Assembly (NCBI GenBank): GCA_964633875.1
Contig: CAZWKL010000003.1
Coordinates: forward strand, 7,849 to 71,848
Direction of reading: 5' to 3'
DNA: 64,000 nt
Origin: an uncultured Pseudomonadales bacterium
Lineage (GTDB): Bacteria; Patescibacteriota; Microgenomatia; UBA1400; PJMF01
Positions within the stretch are counted from its first letter, which is position 1; each line of letters begins with the position of its first letter. The notes beneath the pieces were generated by a model. That model was not told the origin of the DNA, ran no database searches, and saw nothing but the letters and a program-made list of their open reading frames with translations. The translations under genes were made by a program, and so were the position numbers. Shown here piece after piece: positions 1 through 9,013 of this stretch.

Positions 1-773
1 GCCCGCAGCAAAGTCACCAGCGCCGAAGTGATAGTGCCGGCAGGATTTTTTACCTGATGCTCAATCTCCAACTTAGCAATCAGAGGGGAGTTGTAAGCGC
101 CGCGCCGAGTTTGGTTGTCGAAAATCGCCAGATCATAAGGCCATCGGAATGACAAAAAAGCTTCCAGGGTGTAGTCGCCCACCAGGCAAATCCGGTCGGC
201 TCTAACAGTGGGAGCCTTTACCAATTTTCCTTGCGGCTCCGAGAAAAACTTTCTTTGCTTTGCAGACAAAGTGAGACCGCCTTCAATGGCGCCGGGAAAA
301 TAGCGCCCGCTTCTACTAACCAGACCAGCGCGGATATTTTCAGCATGAAGGTCCTCGCCTCTCTCATCTTTGATCATCTGAAAAACATGAACCGGCAGCT
401 CGCTGAGGTTTTGCCCCCGGCGAATGGCGTTGATTTTGTCTGCTCCGCTCACAGTTTCCTCAGTGACGATGAGGGCTTCAATGCGCGTGTCCGGTTCGAT
501 TGTCGGGCCGTAGGGATCATTAAGCTTGATAATTTCGCAGGCGATGTGGTTGGTTTGACAAAAACGCTTCACCTGCTTGACTCGCTCATGCCAGGGTTGA
601 ATCAATTCCGGCAGAGGCTTGCCCAACAGCATTTTTTCGGTGGTGATGCCAATGATTAAGTAATCAGCGGCTGTAGCGGCAAATTTGAGAAATTCTTCGT
701 GGCCCTGGTGGAAATGATCGAAAGTGCCGCCCAGGCCGGCAATGGTAAATTTTCCTTTGTGTTTTAGAGACAT
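1..773 (-). CDS. Phosphopantetheine adenylyltransferase (archaeal/eukaryotic type) fused to DUF359 (GTP-dependent dephospho-CoA kinase family); runs off the window edge
   Basis: Not in the ORF track. Manual translation from ATG 773: MSLKHKGKFTIAGLGGTFDHFHQGH (HxGH motif) ... DPYGPT ... ALIVTEET, then LVGDYT ... DLAIFDNQTRR ... VKNPAGTIT typical of DUF359; no stop before position 1. Confidence 0.8.
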   Translation of the reverse strand, partial: MSLKHKGKFTIAGLGGTFDHFHQGHEEFLKFAATAADYLIIGITTEKMLLGKPLPELIQPWHERVKQVKRFCQTNHIACEIIKLNDPYGPTIEPDTRIEALIVTEETVSGADKINAIRRGQNLSELPVHVFQMIKDERGEDLHAENIRAGLVSRSGRYFPGAIEGGLTLSAKQRKFFSEPQGKLVKAPTVRADRICLVGDYTLEAFLSFRWPYDLAIFDNQTRRGAYNSPLIAKLEIEHQVKNPAGTITSALVTLLR

Positions 774-1426
774 GTGACTCCCCAAAGACCGAGATTATTT
801 TCCCGGGCGTAACTTTCAGATTCACGAAATGTATCTTGGTGTTTGATGTCGGGGGGAAAGCTGGCGGCAAAGGCGTAACCCTCTTTCACCAGGGCATCAT
901 TGACAAAAATATCACCAATGTAAACGTAACGCAGCAGTCGCCCGTAGCGATCGGTTTCCGACACATCTTTTTCCAGCACCACCACTTTGCCACTCACCAG
1001 CTCCCTGTTTTTCTCGGTGGCTTCTTGGCCGAAGCAGTCCTCTCGCCCGTAGGTTTCTGGGGTATCAATGCCGATATACCGCACTGTTTGCCCACCGTCT
1101 AACTGAATGGTGTCGCCGTCGATAATTCTAGTGACCCTGGCGGAAGTGGTGTTTGTGTTTGCCGGTTGTGAGGTGGCGGCTTCATCTTCGGTTCCGGCTT
1201 CAGTGTTGACCTCAGTTTGGACCTCAGCTAGCGGCTCCCCTGTTTTTTCAGCAACAATACTCTCACTAAGCTTCCAGATTTGATCAAGCGGATTTTCCGG
1301 CAAGGATTGAATATATTTGATTAAGCCAGTGATATAAATTGCGGCCAGTATGATAATAATCACTGAAAATTTTAAGGTTGATTTAAGGAATTTTTGTTGT
1401 TCAAACCGGCTAACAATTTCGCTCAT
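764..1426 (-). CDS. Membrane-anchored thermonuclease (SNase family)
   Basis: N-terminal TM helix; IIDGDTI, VRYIGIDTPE, DRYGRLLRYV and GLW motifs. Confidence 0.9.
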   Translation of the reverse strand: MSEIVSRFEQQKFLKSTLKFSVIIIILAAIYITGLIKYIQSLPENPLDQIWKLSESIVAEKTGEPLAEVQTEVNTEAGTEDEAATSQPANTNTTSARVTRIIDGDTIQLDGGQTVRYIGIDTPETYGREDCFGQEATEKNRELVSGKVVVLEKDVSETDRYGRLLRYVYIGDIFVNDALVKEGYAFAASFPPDIKHQDTFRESESYARENNLGLWGVTCL

Positions 1427-1488
1427 AAGTAAATTTTATTATATGATGAAAGAGGGTATTTTGATAGCAAGGATATAAAATATCAAAG

Positions 1489-1860
1489 TTACCTCTCCCT
1501 ATTTAAAAGCAAATCAATACTCGCAAAAATTTCATTCACAAACGTATCCCTGTGTTTTCTAGAATTCCAGTTATGGGTGTAGTCGTCTATTTCTATAGCT
1601 TTAAATGTTTCTAGTGTATCTTTGTGTACTAAAACAGAATCAACTGATTTTCTATTGATTTTCTTAAAGTATGAATAGAAGTTTCTTTGATCAGTCACTT
1701 CAATTATCTTGTCCAAATTCACTTGAGGGAAAATATAATATGCTTGTCCGTATTTTTCTTGTAGATGAAAAAAATAATTTCTTTCTGATCAAGTCATGAC
1801 AGAAAATCTTTTTCTATATAAAAGCTGATAGCCTGTAACTTCTTTTGACAAATCCTTGTC
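1489..1860 (-). pseudogene. DUF2726-like protein remnant
   Basis: Frame reads YRKRFSVMT*SERNYFFHLQ..YIFPQVNL..INRKSVD..AIEIDDYTH..RKHRDTFVNEIF; in-frame TGA at 1789-1791; frame meets the element junction at ~1860. Confidence 0.6.
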
Positions 1861-2003
1861 GAGTGAAGGCGACAGACTTTGAACGCCTTACACAAGCAAT
1901 TCTAGCATGGTGGAAGCCAGCTGAGTTGGTGGCAGACGAGATGATTGATATTGATAATTCCTGGCAAGGTGAAAACAAAGCAGGGTTGGTCTACCTCTAC
2001 TAG
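1857..2003 (+). other. Stranded C-terminal tail frame of LSR-1 (would be joined to the integrase in the excised circle)
   Basis: Stop-free frame CRVKATDFERLTQAILAWWKPAELVADEMIDIDNSWQGENKAGLVYLY* starting in the left core, in register with the LSR codon TGT at 4760. Confidence 0.65.
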
Positions 2004-2041
2004 GTTTTCTTGGCTAAAACGGGTACAATCACGGTCAAATT

Positions 2042-2308
2042 ATGGACAATTCAACACAAAAACAACTCCAAGACAGTAAGCGATTATTAGAGCAAATGCT
2101 CAAACAGAAGGGTGCTAACCGTGCCGAGATAATGATGGCACTCAAAGCAATACAAGAGCAGGAAGACTCTGGCGTTGATAATGCCACTATGATGAAAGAT
2201 GCGAATGGACGTGAGATTTTCTATATGCTCATCGAGAAGAACCCAATAAAAAAATTCTTTCAATATATACGGAAGATAGTGTTTGAACTATTCAGATTTA
2301 GGCGGTAG
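2042..2308 (+). CDS. Hypothetical protein (element cargo)
   Basis: 88-aa ORF with a TACAAT -10-like box just upstream. Confidence 0.55.
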   Translation: MDNSTQKQLQDSKRLLEQMLKQKGANRAEIMMALKAIQEQEDSGVDNATMMKDANGREIFYMLIEKNPIKKFFQYIRKIVFELFRFRR

Positions 2309-3019
2309 TTTTAGTCCAAGAGAGTTTTTGTATTCTTCTGGGTCAAAATCCTTTTTCCTAGCTAAGGCTCTATCAATAGCAATGCTGATTCTAGCTCTTG
2401 AGTAGCGTTGAGCTAAAACACAGTAGGTGTTTACCATGAAGGCACCGAAATTGATAATTACGGCGCCATCAATTCTTCCAGAGGCAAGTAAAGGCAGTAA
2501 CGCCATTGTGCACCAACTCATTCCAAATAAGTGTATTGCTTCGTTTAGCGTATTTTGATGGGTAGCAAAATCTACCATTGAATTAAGGTTTGGTTTTCCA
2601 AGTGTGTAGTTTGATTGAATCTGTTTATCAACTCCCATTGCTTTTTTCATTCTTCGCATTGCGCCTACTGGAATTGCCTGAAACTTATCTACTTGCAACT
2701 GTTTCATCAATCGTATTGTTCCTTCAGGATTTCTCGGCTTAATCCACATCTTAACAGCTCTTTGAAGAAGATTCCCGTTAGCGGTGTCAAGCATTTCAGC
2801 AAAGTTTTCTGGGTACTCATCCTCATATTGAACATCGTCTTGTTCGAGGTCTTTTAGTAATTCATCGACCTCCATGTGAGCTACCTCTCTAAAAACCTCA
2901 ACACAAACATCTGGCGGTAGGATTTCTTCTGAAGCTGGAGGTATTGAATCTAAGAAGGAGAGCCTATCTTGGTCATCAAAAAAACTTGGTTCTTGGTCAT
3001 GGTATCGTTGTTCAGTCAT
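2288..3019 (-). CDS. Membrane protein with a CrtO-like (glycosyl-diaponeurosporenoate acyltransferase-like) C-terminal domain
   Basis: NEAIHL ... NTYCVLAQRYSRARI resembles the E-x-x-H / N-x-Y-x(4)-QRYxRxR pattern of that family; acidic N-terminus. Confidence 0.5.
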   Translation of the reverse strand: MTEQRYHDQEPSFFDDQDRLSFLDSIPPASEEILPPDVCVEVFREVAHMEVDELLKDLEQDDVQYEDEYPENFAEMLDTANGNLLQRAVKMWIKPRNPEGTIRLMKQLQVDKFQAIPVGAMRRMKKAMGVDKQIQSNYTLGKPNLNSMVDFATHQNTLNEAIHLFGMSWCTMALLPLLASGRIDGAVIINFGAFMVNTYCVLAQRYSRARISIAIDRALARKKDFDPEEYKNSLGLKLPPKSE

Positions 3020-3190
3020 AACGGTTATTATACATAATTTTGTGCATAATGGGTGTTTATACTTGTTATGCTTTGTTATGTTTCAACCGCTACCCCTCCA
3101 CGCTAGAGAAGGGGTTAAACTGGCTGGCTATTCTACAGCAAGAGAGTGTTTCGTGGCTCAATCTTTTGTTTTTTTGGCTATAATTCGGGT

Positions 3191-4816
3191 ATGGAAGAAG
3201 AACTGGACGTTACCAAACTCAAGTATATTCTCTACGCTCGCAAGTCTACTGATGACCCAGAGCGTCAGGCTCGCTCTATTCCAGACCAAATAGCTGAATG
3301 TCGCCAGTTGGCAAGGCGTCTCGGTTTAACTATTGTTGGAAAGCCTCTTGAAGAACAAAAATCAGCTAAGAAACCTGGTAAACGCCCTGTTTTTCGGCAG
3401 ATGCTTCGAGATATTAAGGCTGGTAAGTACGATGGCATTCTCTGCTGGAATCCAGACCGCCTAGCTCGCAACATGAAAGAGGGTGGTGAGGTCATTGACA
3501 TGATTGACGAGGACGAAATTAAAGACCTCAAGTTTGTTACCCACCACTTCACCAAAGATGCTAACGGTTTAATGCTTCTTGGTATGGCGTTTGTGTTGAG
3601 TAAGCAGTACAGCGACAAACTCTCCGCAGATGTTACTCGTGGTATGCACCGCAAGGTTCAGGAAGGACGTTCTCACATCCCCAAGCCTGGATATATCACC
3701 GATGAATCAGGCAGATATCAACCAGATGGAAACAACTTTGAGTTAATCAAGGAAGCCTGGCAAATGAGACTTCGTGGTGAATCACTAGAGAAGATTAGCC
3801 AACACATAAATGGTTTAGGTTACTTTAGATTGGTCAAATCAAGTGGCAGACACGTTAAGATGGGAAAACGGCGGTTAAGCGAGGTGTTTCGGGATTCTTT
3901 TTACTACGGGATGTTGGTGCAAGGAACGCAAATTATTGACCTCCGCACCAAATATGAGTTTCAGCCAGCAGTGAGTGAAGAAGACTTCCTGACTATCAAT
4001 CATCAAGGCAAGAGCCGTCTTACGCCTATCAACACCAATCGCAACACGTTTTACCCGTTTAAGGCGTTTGTGAAGTGTTCATTCTGTGATGCCAATATGA
4101 CTGTCGGTCCTTCGACAGGTGGCAGTGGCAAGCGGTATCTGAACTTTCGTTGTGAGAATCCTAATTGTGTTCGCAATAGTCAAGAAAATAGGGATAAAGC
4201 CAGGAATGACCCAACCAAGATTAAAGCTTCTGTTAGAGTAAATATCCTACTGAATTGGCTTTATGAGTTCTTGGCTGACGGTCTGAACCTTACAGAAAAA
4301 GACTACCAAATCTACCTCAAAGAAATGACTGACGTTTTGACCGCCAAGCGCACCAAGATGGAACAGGAATTAAACAGCAAGCAAGGCACACTCAAATCAT
4401 TAGAGACAGAGCTAAGAGATATTGCTCTCGGGGTACTCAAACAAAAAGAGGGTTCAACTGCCAAACAATATGGTGAACAAAAGCTAGCAGAACTCACTGG
4501 GCAGAAGACGCAACTGATGGCTGACATTGCCGCTCTCAAAGAGCAAATGCCGGATATTCAGCAAGATACACTGACGCTTGAAGACTTCTTGAACTTGTCT
4601 AAAAGTGCTGGTCAATCGGTGAAAGACGGAACTCCCGAACTCAAAGACCAAATTGTGAGAATTGTTTTCTTGAACGTCTGGATTGATACCGAAAAAGTAA
4701 CGGCGTACAGGCTAAAAGAACCTTTTGATACCCTGCTTACTGACCCTGATGGGAACTCTTGTCGGGGAGACAGGACTCGAACCTGCGACCTCGCGCTCCC
4801 AAAGCGCGCACTCTAG
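3191..4816 (+). CDS. Large serine recombinase (LSR-1)
   Basis: YARKS catalytic motif, DRLARN, recombinase domain, Zn ribbon (CSFC...RCENPNC), coiled coil; last 17 codons are antisense tRNA-Pro; ATG 3191 follows TATAAT at 3179. Confidence 0.95.
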   Translation: MEEELDVTKLKYILYARKSTDDPERQARSIPDQIAECRQLARRLGLTIVGKPLEEQKSAKKPGKRPVFRQMLRDIKAGKYDGILCWNPDRLARNMKEGGEVIDMIDEDEIKDLKFVTHHFTKDANGLMLLGMAFVLSKQYSDKLSADVTRGMHRKVQEGRSHIPKPGYITDESGRYQPDGNNFELIKEAWQMRLRGESLEKISQHINGLGYFRLVKSSGRHVKMGKRRLSEVFRDSFYYGMLVQGTQIIDLRTKYEFQPAVSEEDFLTINHQGKSRLTPINTNRNTFYPFKAFVKCSFCDANMTVGPSTGGSGKRYLNFRCENPNCVRNSQENRDKARNDPTKIKASVRVNILLNWLYEFLADGLNLTEKDYQIYLKEMTDVLTAKRTKMEQELNSKQGTLKSLETELRDIALGVLKQKEGSTAKQYGEQKLAELTGQKTQLMADIAALKEQMPDIQQDTLTLEDFLNLSKSAGQSVKDGTPELKDQIVRIVFLNVWIDTEKVTAYRLKEPFDTLLTDPDGNSCRGDRTRTCDLALPKRAL

Positions 4817-4835
4817 CCATCTGAGCTACTCCCCG
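4762..4835 (-). tRNA. tRNA-Pro(TGG)
   Basis: Cloverleaf CGGGGAG..TTTGGGA..GGTTCGAGTCC..CTCCCCGA; CCA not encoded. Confidence 0.95.
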
Positions 4836-4854
4836 GTTGTTATCTAGTTCCGAG

Positions 4855-4938
4855 TGCCGAAGGTGGGACTCGAACCCACAAGGCCTTGCGGCCAACAGAT
4901 TTTAAGTCTGTCGCGTATACCGATTCCGCCACTTCGGC
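4855..4938 (-). tRNA. tRNA-Leu(TAA)
   Basis: GCCGAAG..CTTAAAA..long variable arm..GGTTCGAGTCC..CTTCGGCA. Confidence 0.95.
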
Positions 4939-5076
4939 TTTGTTTTTGGATCAAGGTATTATAACACCAGTTTGCCTTGAATTTATATAATTGTTACAAA
5001 ACTTTTAACCGAGTGTTATGCAATAACCATATGATCAGTTTTAATACCAAGTACCTTAGTAAATAAGGGGAAAATT

Positions 5077-5637
5077 ATGGTTAGAAGCAATCAACAAGGT
5101 CTTTCACAAACAGCTTGGATTATCATTGGGGTGGTGGCAATTGCGCTCATCGCCCTAGCTATTCCGCTTTTTACCTCTGAAGACACGCGAACTGAACTCG
5201 GTTTGGACGCTACACCTACCACTCCCATTGGCGTTGAGCCAACTCCAGATATCGCTGCTGAAATTGAAAATGAAGCCACGATTCAGGGAGAAACTACCCT
5301 GGCGGCGGTTTTAAACAATCCCGAAATTTATGCCGGCCAGCAAGTGATGGTCCGTGGTGAGTTGGGCGAATGGCTAAGCGCTCAGGCTTTCACCTTGGAG
5401 AGTCCGTCGTTTTTGGGCAGCGATCTTTTGGTGGTGGGAGCTACCATTCCGCAGCCTGCAGACGAAGGTCTTTTAAATGATCCGGATCTGCTGGTGGAAG
5501 CGCAAGGAGTAGTCAGGATAGTTGATGTCAATGATGCTCAGACGCTTGAAAACTACAATCTCGGGGAGGCTGAGCTGGCGGATTGGGATGGCAGGCCGGT
5601 GTTGGTAGCCACGATAGCGCAAGTTGTTCAGGAATAG
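5077..5637 (+). CDS. Membrane-anchored hypothetical protein (possible OB-fold)
   Basis: N-terminal TM helix, P/T-rich linker, NPEIYAGQQVMVRGE motif. Confidence 0.6.
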   Translation: MVRSNQQGLSQTAWIIIGVVAIALIALAIPLFTSEDTRTELGLDATPTTPIGVEPTPDIAAEIENEATIQGETTLAAVLNNPEIYAGQQVMVRGELGEWLSAQAFTLESPSFLGSDLLVVGATIPQPADEGLLNDPDLLVEAQGVVRIVDVNDAQTLENYNLGEAELADWDGRPVLVATIAQVVQE

Positions 5638-5730
5638 AGCTTGGCGGAGCTTGAATGTAATTGGCGGGAAAATACTAGCCTCCAGTATTTACGTTTTTTG
5701 TCATTTCCAGTAGAATACTAACTTATTCGT

Positions 5731-5805
5731 GCGGGTGTAGTACAACGGCTAGTATATCTCCCTTCCAAGGAGAAGATGACGGTTCGATTCCGTTCACCCG
5801 CTCCA
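5731..5805 (+). tRNA. tRNA-Gly(TCC)
   Basis: GCGGGTG..CTTCCAA..GGTTCGATTCC..CACCCGCTCCA. Confidence 0.95.
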
Positions 5806-5993
5806 AAAGTGATAGAAATGTACAGAAAATTACTGGGAAATGACACAAACTGGTAAAGAAGTCACCGCAGCAGAGATTCTTGAAAGTTTAGGGGCGAAAC
5901 CTTCCATTAGTGAAGAGCGTGCAGCATTTAGAACAGGCTGGTTTTGGCATTAACCAGGTAGATGAGTACCAAGAAAAACTTTATAAAGATTTT

Positions 5994-6545
5994 ATGAGAA
6001 AAGAAGTAAAAATAGTATTGATTGAAACACCTTCAGTCGAACAATCTAAGAAGATATCTGAACTACAGAGATTATGTTTTGTCGATGTAGACAGTGAAGA
6101 AGCAGATGAAGATTTCTATCATTCTCCGTCAGTCCAGATAGTTGCATATGTTGGTGATGTATTAGTGGGTTGGGCCGGTGTTCACATTTCAGAACAGACC
6201 TACAAAAACTACCGCATTAAACTTGGTGGTTATGGTATTTGTACTCATCCTGATTTTAGACAAATGGGCATAGCTACTAAGGTTGCGGGAGAGGCAATGA
6301 CGTACTTAAAAGATAAAGGTTGTGATATTGGTTTCTTATCAGTAAACTCCGAAGACCAAAAATCCATAAAACTACACCAGAAGTATGGATTTATGATGCT
6401 TCCTCAGTATTTTTCTTGGACAAATAATGAAGGAGAGATAAAAGAGGATACTGGAGGAATGATAGCACCAATCAACTCTGAAGAGCTATTTAATCTCGTA
6501 TTAGATGGTTCTGATAATCTGTATGTAGGTGAGGGATATTGGTAA
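5994..6545 (+). CDS. GNAT acetyltransferase
   Basis: ICTHPDFRQMGIA acetyl-CoA motif, KLHQKYGF; AT-rich, directly after tRNA-Gly. Confidence 0.8.
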   Translation: MRKEVKIVLIETPSVEQSKKISELQRLCFVDVDSEEADEDFYHSPSVQIVAYVGDVLVGWAGVHISEQTYKNYRIKLGGYGICTHPDFRQMGIATKVAGEAMTYLKDKGCDIGFLSVNSEDQKSIKLHQKYGFMMLPQYFSWTNNEGEIKEDTGGMIAPINSEELFNLVLDGSDNLYVGEGYW

Positions 6546-6550
6546 GCAGT

Positions 6551-7243
6551 TTAAATCCGCTTCTCCTTAACCTGTTCAGCCTTGGCAGTGATCAGCTCTA
6601 CCACTTCGTTTATCGTCAAGGTGGTGGTGTCAATTTCCCATACGCCGGGAATTTTCTTCAGGTATTTTAAGGAGTCCCGTTCATCTCTGGCGTTAAGCTC
6701 ATCAAGCACATCAGCAAGCTGGGCGTCTACTCCCCGGCCCAATAAATCCTCCTGCCTCCGTTTGGCTCTCACTATAGGATCTGCATCCAAATATATTTTT
6801 AACTGAGCGTTTGGTAAAACGGTGTGAGTGATATCTCTGCCCTCCATGATCACATCGTTGGCGGCGGCGATTTGCTGTTGTAGCGCCACCAGTTTTTTTC
6901 TCACGCCTTTAAGTTGAGCCACAATCGAGGCGGTTTGACTAACTTCTTCGGTGCGAATTTTCCAGGAAACGTCTTCATTGTCGAGCAAAACAGTGACCAA
7001 ACGGCCGTCTTTCTCATCTTCATTCGGCATTCTCATATTGATTTGGTGTTTGTCTAGTTCTGTCAACACCTCTTTTTCGTTTTCGGGATCAATTTTTGAT
7101 CTCAAGGCCAACAGCGCCGTGCAGCGATAAGTGGCGCCGGTATCGATATAAAGCAGGTTGAGTCTTTCGGCTACAATTCTGGAAACGGTGCCCTTTCCTG
7201 CGGCAACGGTGCCATCAATGGCGATTTGAAAACTTTTCTTCAT
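6551..7243 (-). CDS. cmk: Cytidylate kinase
   Basis: IAIDGTVAAGKGT, DTGATYR, MEGRDI motifs; start placed at MKKSF. Confidence 0.93.
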   Translation of the reverse strand: MKKSFQIAIDGTVAAGKGTVSRIVAERLNLLYIDTGATYRCTALLALRSKIDPENEKEVLTELDKHQINMRMPNEDEKDGRLVTVLLDNEDVSWKIRTEEVSQTASIVAQLKGVRKKLVALQQQIAAANDVIMEGRDITHTVLPNAQLKIYLDADPIVRAKRRQEDLLGRGVDAQLADVLDELNARDERDSLKYLKKIPGVWEIDTTTLTINEVVELITAKAEQVKEKRI

Positions 7244-7281
7244 AGTTGTTGTTATAGCATAATACTCGGTGTGAAACAAAA

Positions 7282-7312
7282 TGGCTCGGGCAATTGCTTG
7301 CCCGAGCCAACA
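7282..7312 (-). terminator. Hairpin terminator after hsp20
   Basis: TGGCTCGGGCAA-ttgc-TTGCCCGAGCCA stem, TTTT following on the minus strand. Confidence 0.6.
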
Positions 7313-7334
7313 CAAATACCAATCCGCTTTTCTA

Positions 7335-7748
7335 TCACTCCCTGCTTTTAACCGTCAACTTTCTTGGTTTGGAAGCTTCAGCTTTTTTGAACTTCACTTC
7401 CAAAACGCCATTACTCACCTCCGCCAACGGCTCAGCTTTTTCATCAATCATACCAGGCACAGACACCCGATAAGAATATGACCAAGATGATTTGCTGAAG
7501 TGCTTTTTGTCCTTGTCATCCTCCTCTTCAGTGCGGTCTGCCCGCACATACAGAACTCCTTTTTCAAAAGTCACTTCCACGTCGTCTGGTTTCACCCCGG
7601 CCACGTTGGCTTGGACCACCACTTCATCTTCAGTTTCATAAACATCCAAATTGTTGGAAGCTGAAGTAAGCGAAGTAAAATCGTCCTCACCGAAAATGCT
7701 TGGCCATCTGTTCACAAATGGACTCCAGCGCATCAATGAAGTTGTCAT
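7335..7748 (-). CDS. Hsp20/alpha-crystallin small heat-shock protein
   Basis: DVYETEDEVVVQANVAGV, NGVLEV motifs. Confidence 0.9.
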   Translation of the reverse strand: MTTSLMRWSPFVNRWPSIFGEDDFTSLTSASNNLDVYETEDEVVVQANVAGVKPDDVEVTFEKGVLYVRADRTEEEDDKDKKHFSKSSWSYSYRVSVPGMIDEKAEPLAEVSNGVLEVKFKKAEASKPRKLTVKSRE

Positions 7749-7770
7749 TTTTCCCTTTCTCTGCCTTTAA

Positions 7771-7827
7771 TTAGCAGACAATAGCTCCTACTGCTAATAT
7801 TATGCCAAGCTAATCGGCTGGTGTCAA
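7771..7827 (-). promoter_or_regulatory. Sigma70 promoter with CIRCE-like HrcA operator for hsp20
   Basis: TTGACA-17nt-CATAAT (7827-7799) followed by TTAGCAGTA-N9-GTCTGCTAA (7797-7771); CIRCE consensus is TTAGCACTC-N9-GAGTGCTAA. Confidence 0.8.
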
Positions 7828-7864
7828 GTTTTCATCACTGCGGACATCAGGTATACTATGGCAT

Positions 7865-9004
7865 ATGTTCAAAGCGCTGATTGTACTGGTTTTTACCGTA
7901 AATTTCTTTGTTTTTCCGCCTGGCGTTTTTGCTCAAGCAGAGCCTATCGCAGAATTTGTCACGCCTAAACCTCACTACTCCACCGGCCAAGTCATTGAAG
8001 TCCTCGAACAGCAGGAATTGAAATATGACTCGGAAACGTTTTATCTGCAAAAACTGCTGGTGAGATCGCAGGCAGGTGAAGAGTCGGAAGTGATTATGGG
8101 AACCGAGTTCCAACCGCTCAGCAGCTCGCAGTTGCTTAAAAAAGGCGACAGCATCGTTCTGACCGAGCAAATAACTTACGCTGGTGAGAGCGAAAATATC
8201 ATTGCCGATATTTACCGGCTGCCAATTATGGCTTGGCTGTTGCTGGGTTTCTTTTTAGTGGTGATGGCGGTGGCTGGTTTTAAGGGACTGTTTTCTATTG
8301 GCGGCATGTTTTTGAGTTTGGTGGTTTTGGGTAGCTATGTGGTGCCGCAGATTTTGCATGGCGCGCAGCCGATTGTGGTGGCTTTAATCGGCGCGGTGGC
8401 TATTGCCAGCATTACCATTTATCTCTCTCACGGGTTTAAGGCTTCGTCGCATATTGCTTTGGTTTCGATTCTCTCTACTCTGCTTGGAGTGACGCTGCTG
8501 TCTGCCTGGTATTTGAGTCTGGCAGCGCTGACTGGTTTTGGTAGCGAGGAGGCGGCTTTTCTGCAAGTGGGCGAAACTGCCAGCATCAATCTGCAGGGTT
8601 TGTTGCTGAGTGGCATTATGCTTGGCGCTTTGGGAGTTTTGGATGATATTACTATTTCTCAGGTTGCTACCGTTTTTGAGCTGAAACGCGCCAACAAAAA
8701 ACTTTCTTTTGAGGACTTGTATCAACGAGGCATGAGAGTGGGTAAGGATCATGTGGCTTCGCTGGTGAACACTTTGGTTTTGGCTTATGCCGGCGCGAAT
8801 TTGCCGCTCTTTTTGCTGTTTACTTTGAGCGCTGATACGCCATTATGGGTGATTCTCAATCAGCAACTCATCGCTGAAGAAGTGGTCCGGACCCTGATGG
8901 GCTCCATTGGTTTGGTGGCAGCAGTGCCGCTCAGTACGGCCTTGGCTGCTTATTGGGCTAGTAACAGGGAGATTTCTGAAGCGGCTCATGTCCATCAGCA
9001 TTAA
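7865..9004 (+). CDS. YibE/F family membrane protein
   Basis: Multi-TM; GALGVLDDITISQ and NTLVLAYAGANLP motifs. Confidence 0.88.
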   Translation: MFKALIVLVFTVNFFVFPPGVFAQAEPIAEFVTPKPHYSTGQVIEVLEQQELKYDSETFYLQKLLVRSQAGEESEVIMGTEFQPLSSSQLLKKGDSIVLTEQITYAGESENIIADIYRLPIMAWLLLGFFLVVMAVAGFKGLFSIGGMFLSLVVLGSYVVPQILHGAQPIVVALIGAVAIASITIYLSHGFKASSHIALVSILSTLLGVTLLSAWYLSLAALTGFGSEEAAFLQVGETASINLQGLLLSGIMLGALGVLDDITISQVATVFELKRANKKLSFEDLYQRGMRVGKDHVASLVNTLVLAYAGANLPLFLLFTLSADTPLWVILNQQLIAEEVVRTLMGSIGLVAAVPLSTALAAYWASNREISEAAHVHQH

Positions 9005-9013
9005 ATTAGATTT

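Larger units (their letters stand above)
1855..4764. mobile_element. Small LSR integrative element at the tRNA-Pro 3' end (~2.9 kb)
   Basis: 7-bp direct repeat CTTGTCG at 1855-1861 and 4758-4764, the latter overlapping the tRNA-Pro 3' end; LSR plus two cargo ORFs between them. Confidence 0.75.

Noticed and set aside
231-659. 142-aa plus-strand ORF
   Set aside because: Antisense shadow of the coaD-DUF359 gene.
1789-1791. TGA readthrough (genetic code 25 or 4)
   Set aside because: Conserved genes such as efp end in TGA and long genes have no internal TGA, so code 11 applies.
3039-3066. dif-like site (GTGCATAA-tgggtgt-TTATAC) upstream of LSR-1
   Set aside because: Poor XerD arm and wrong spacer length.
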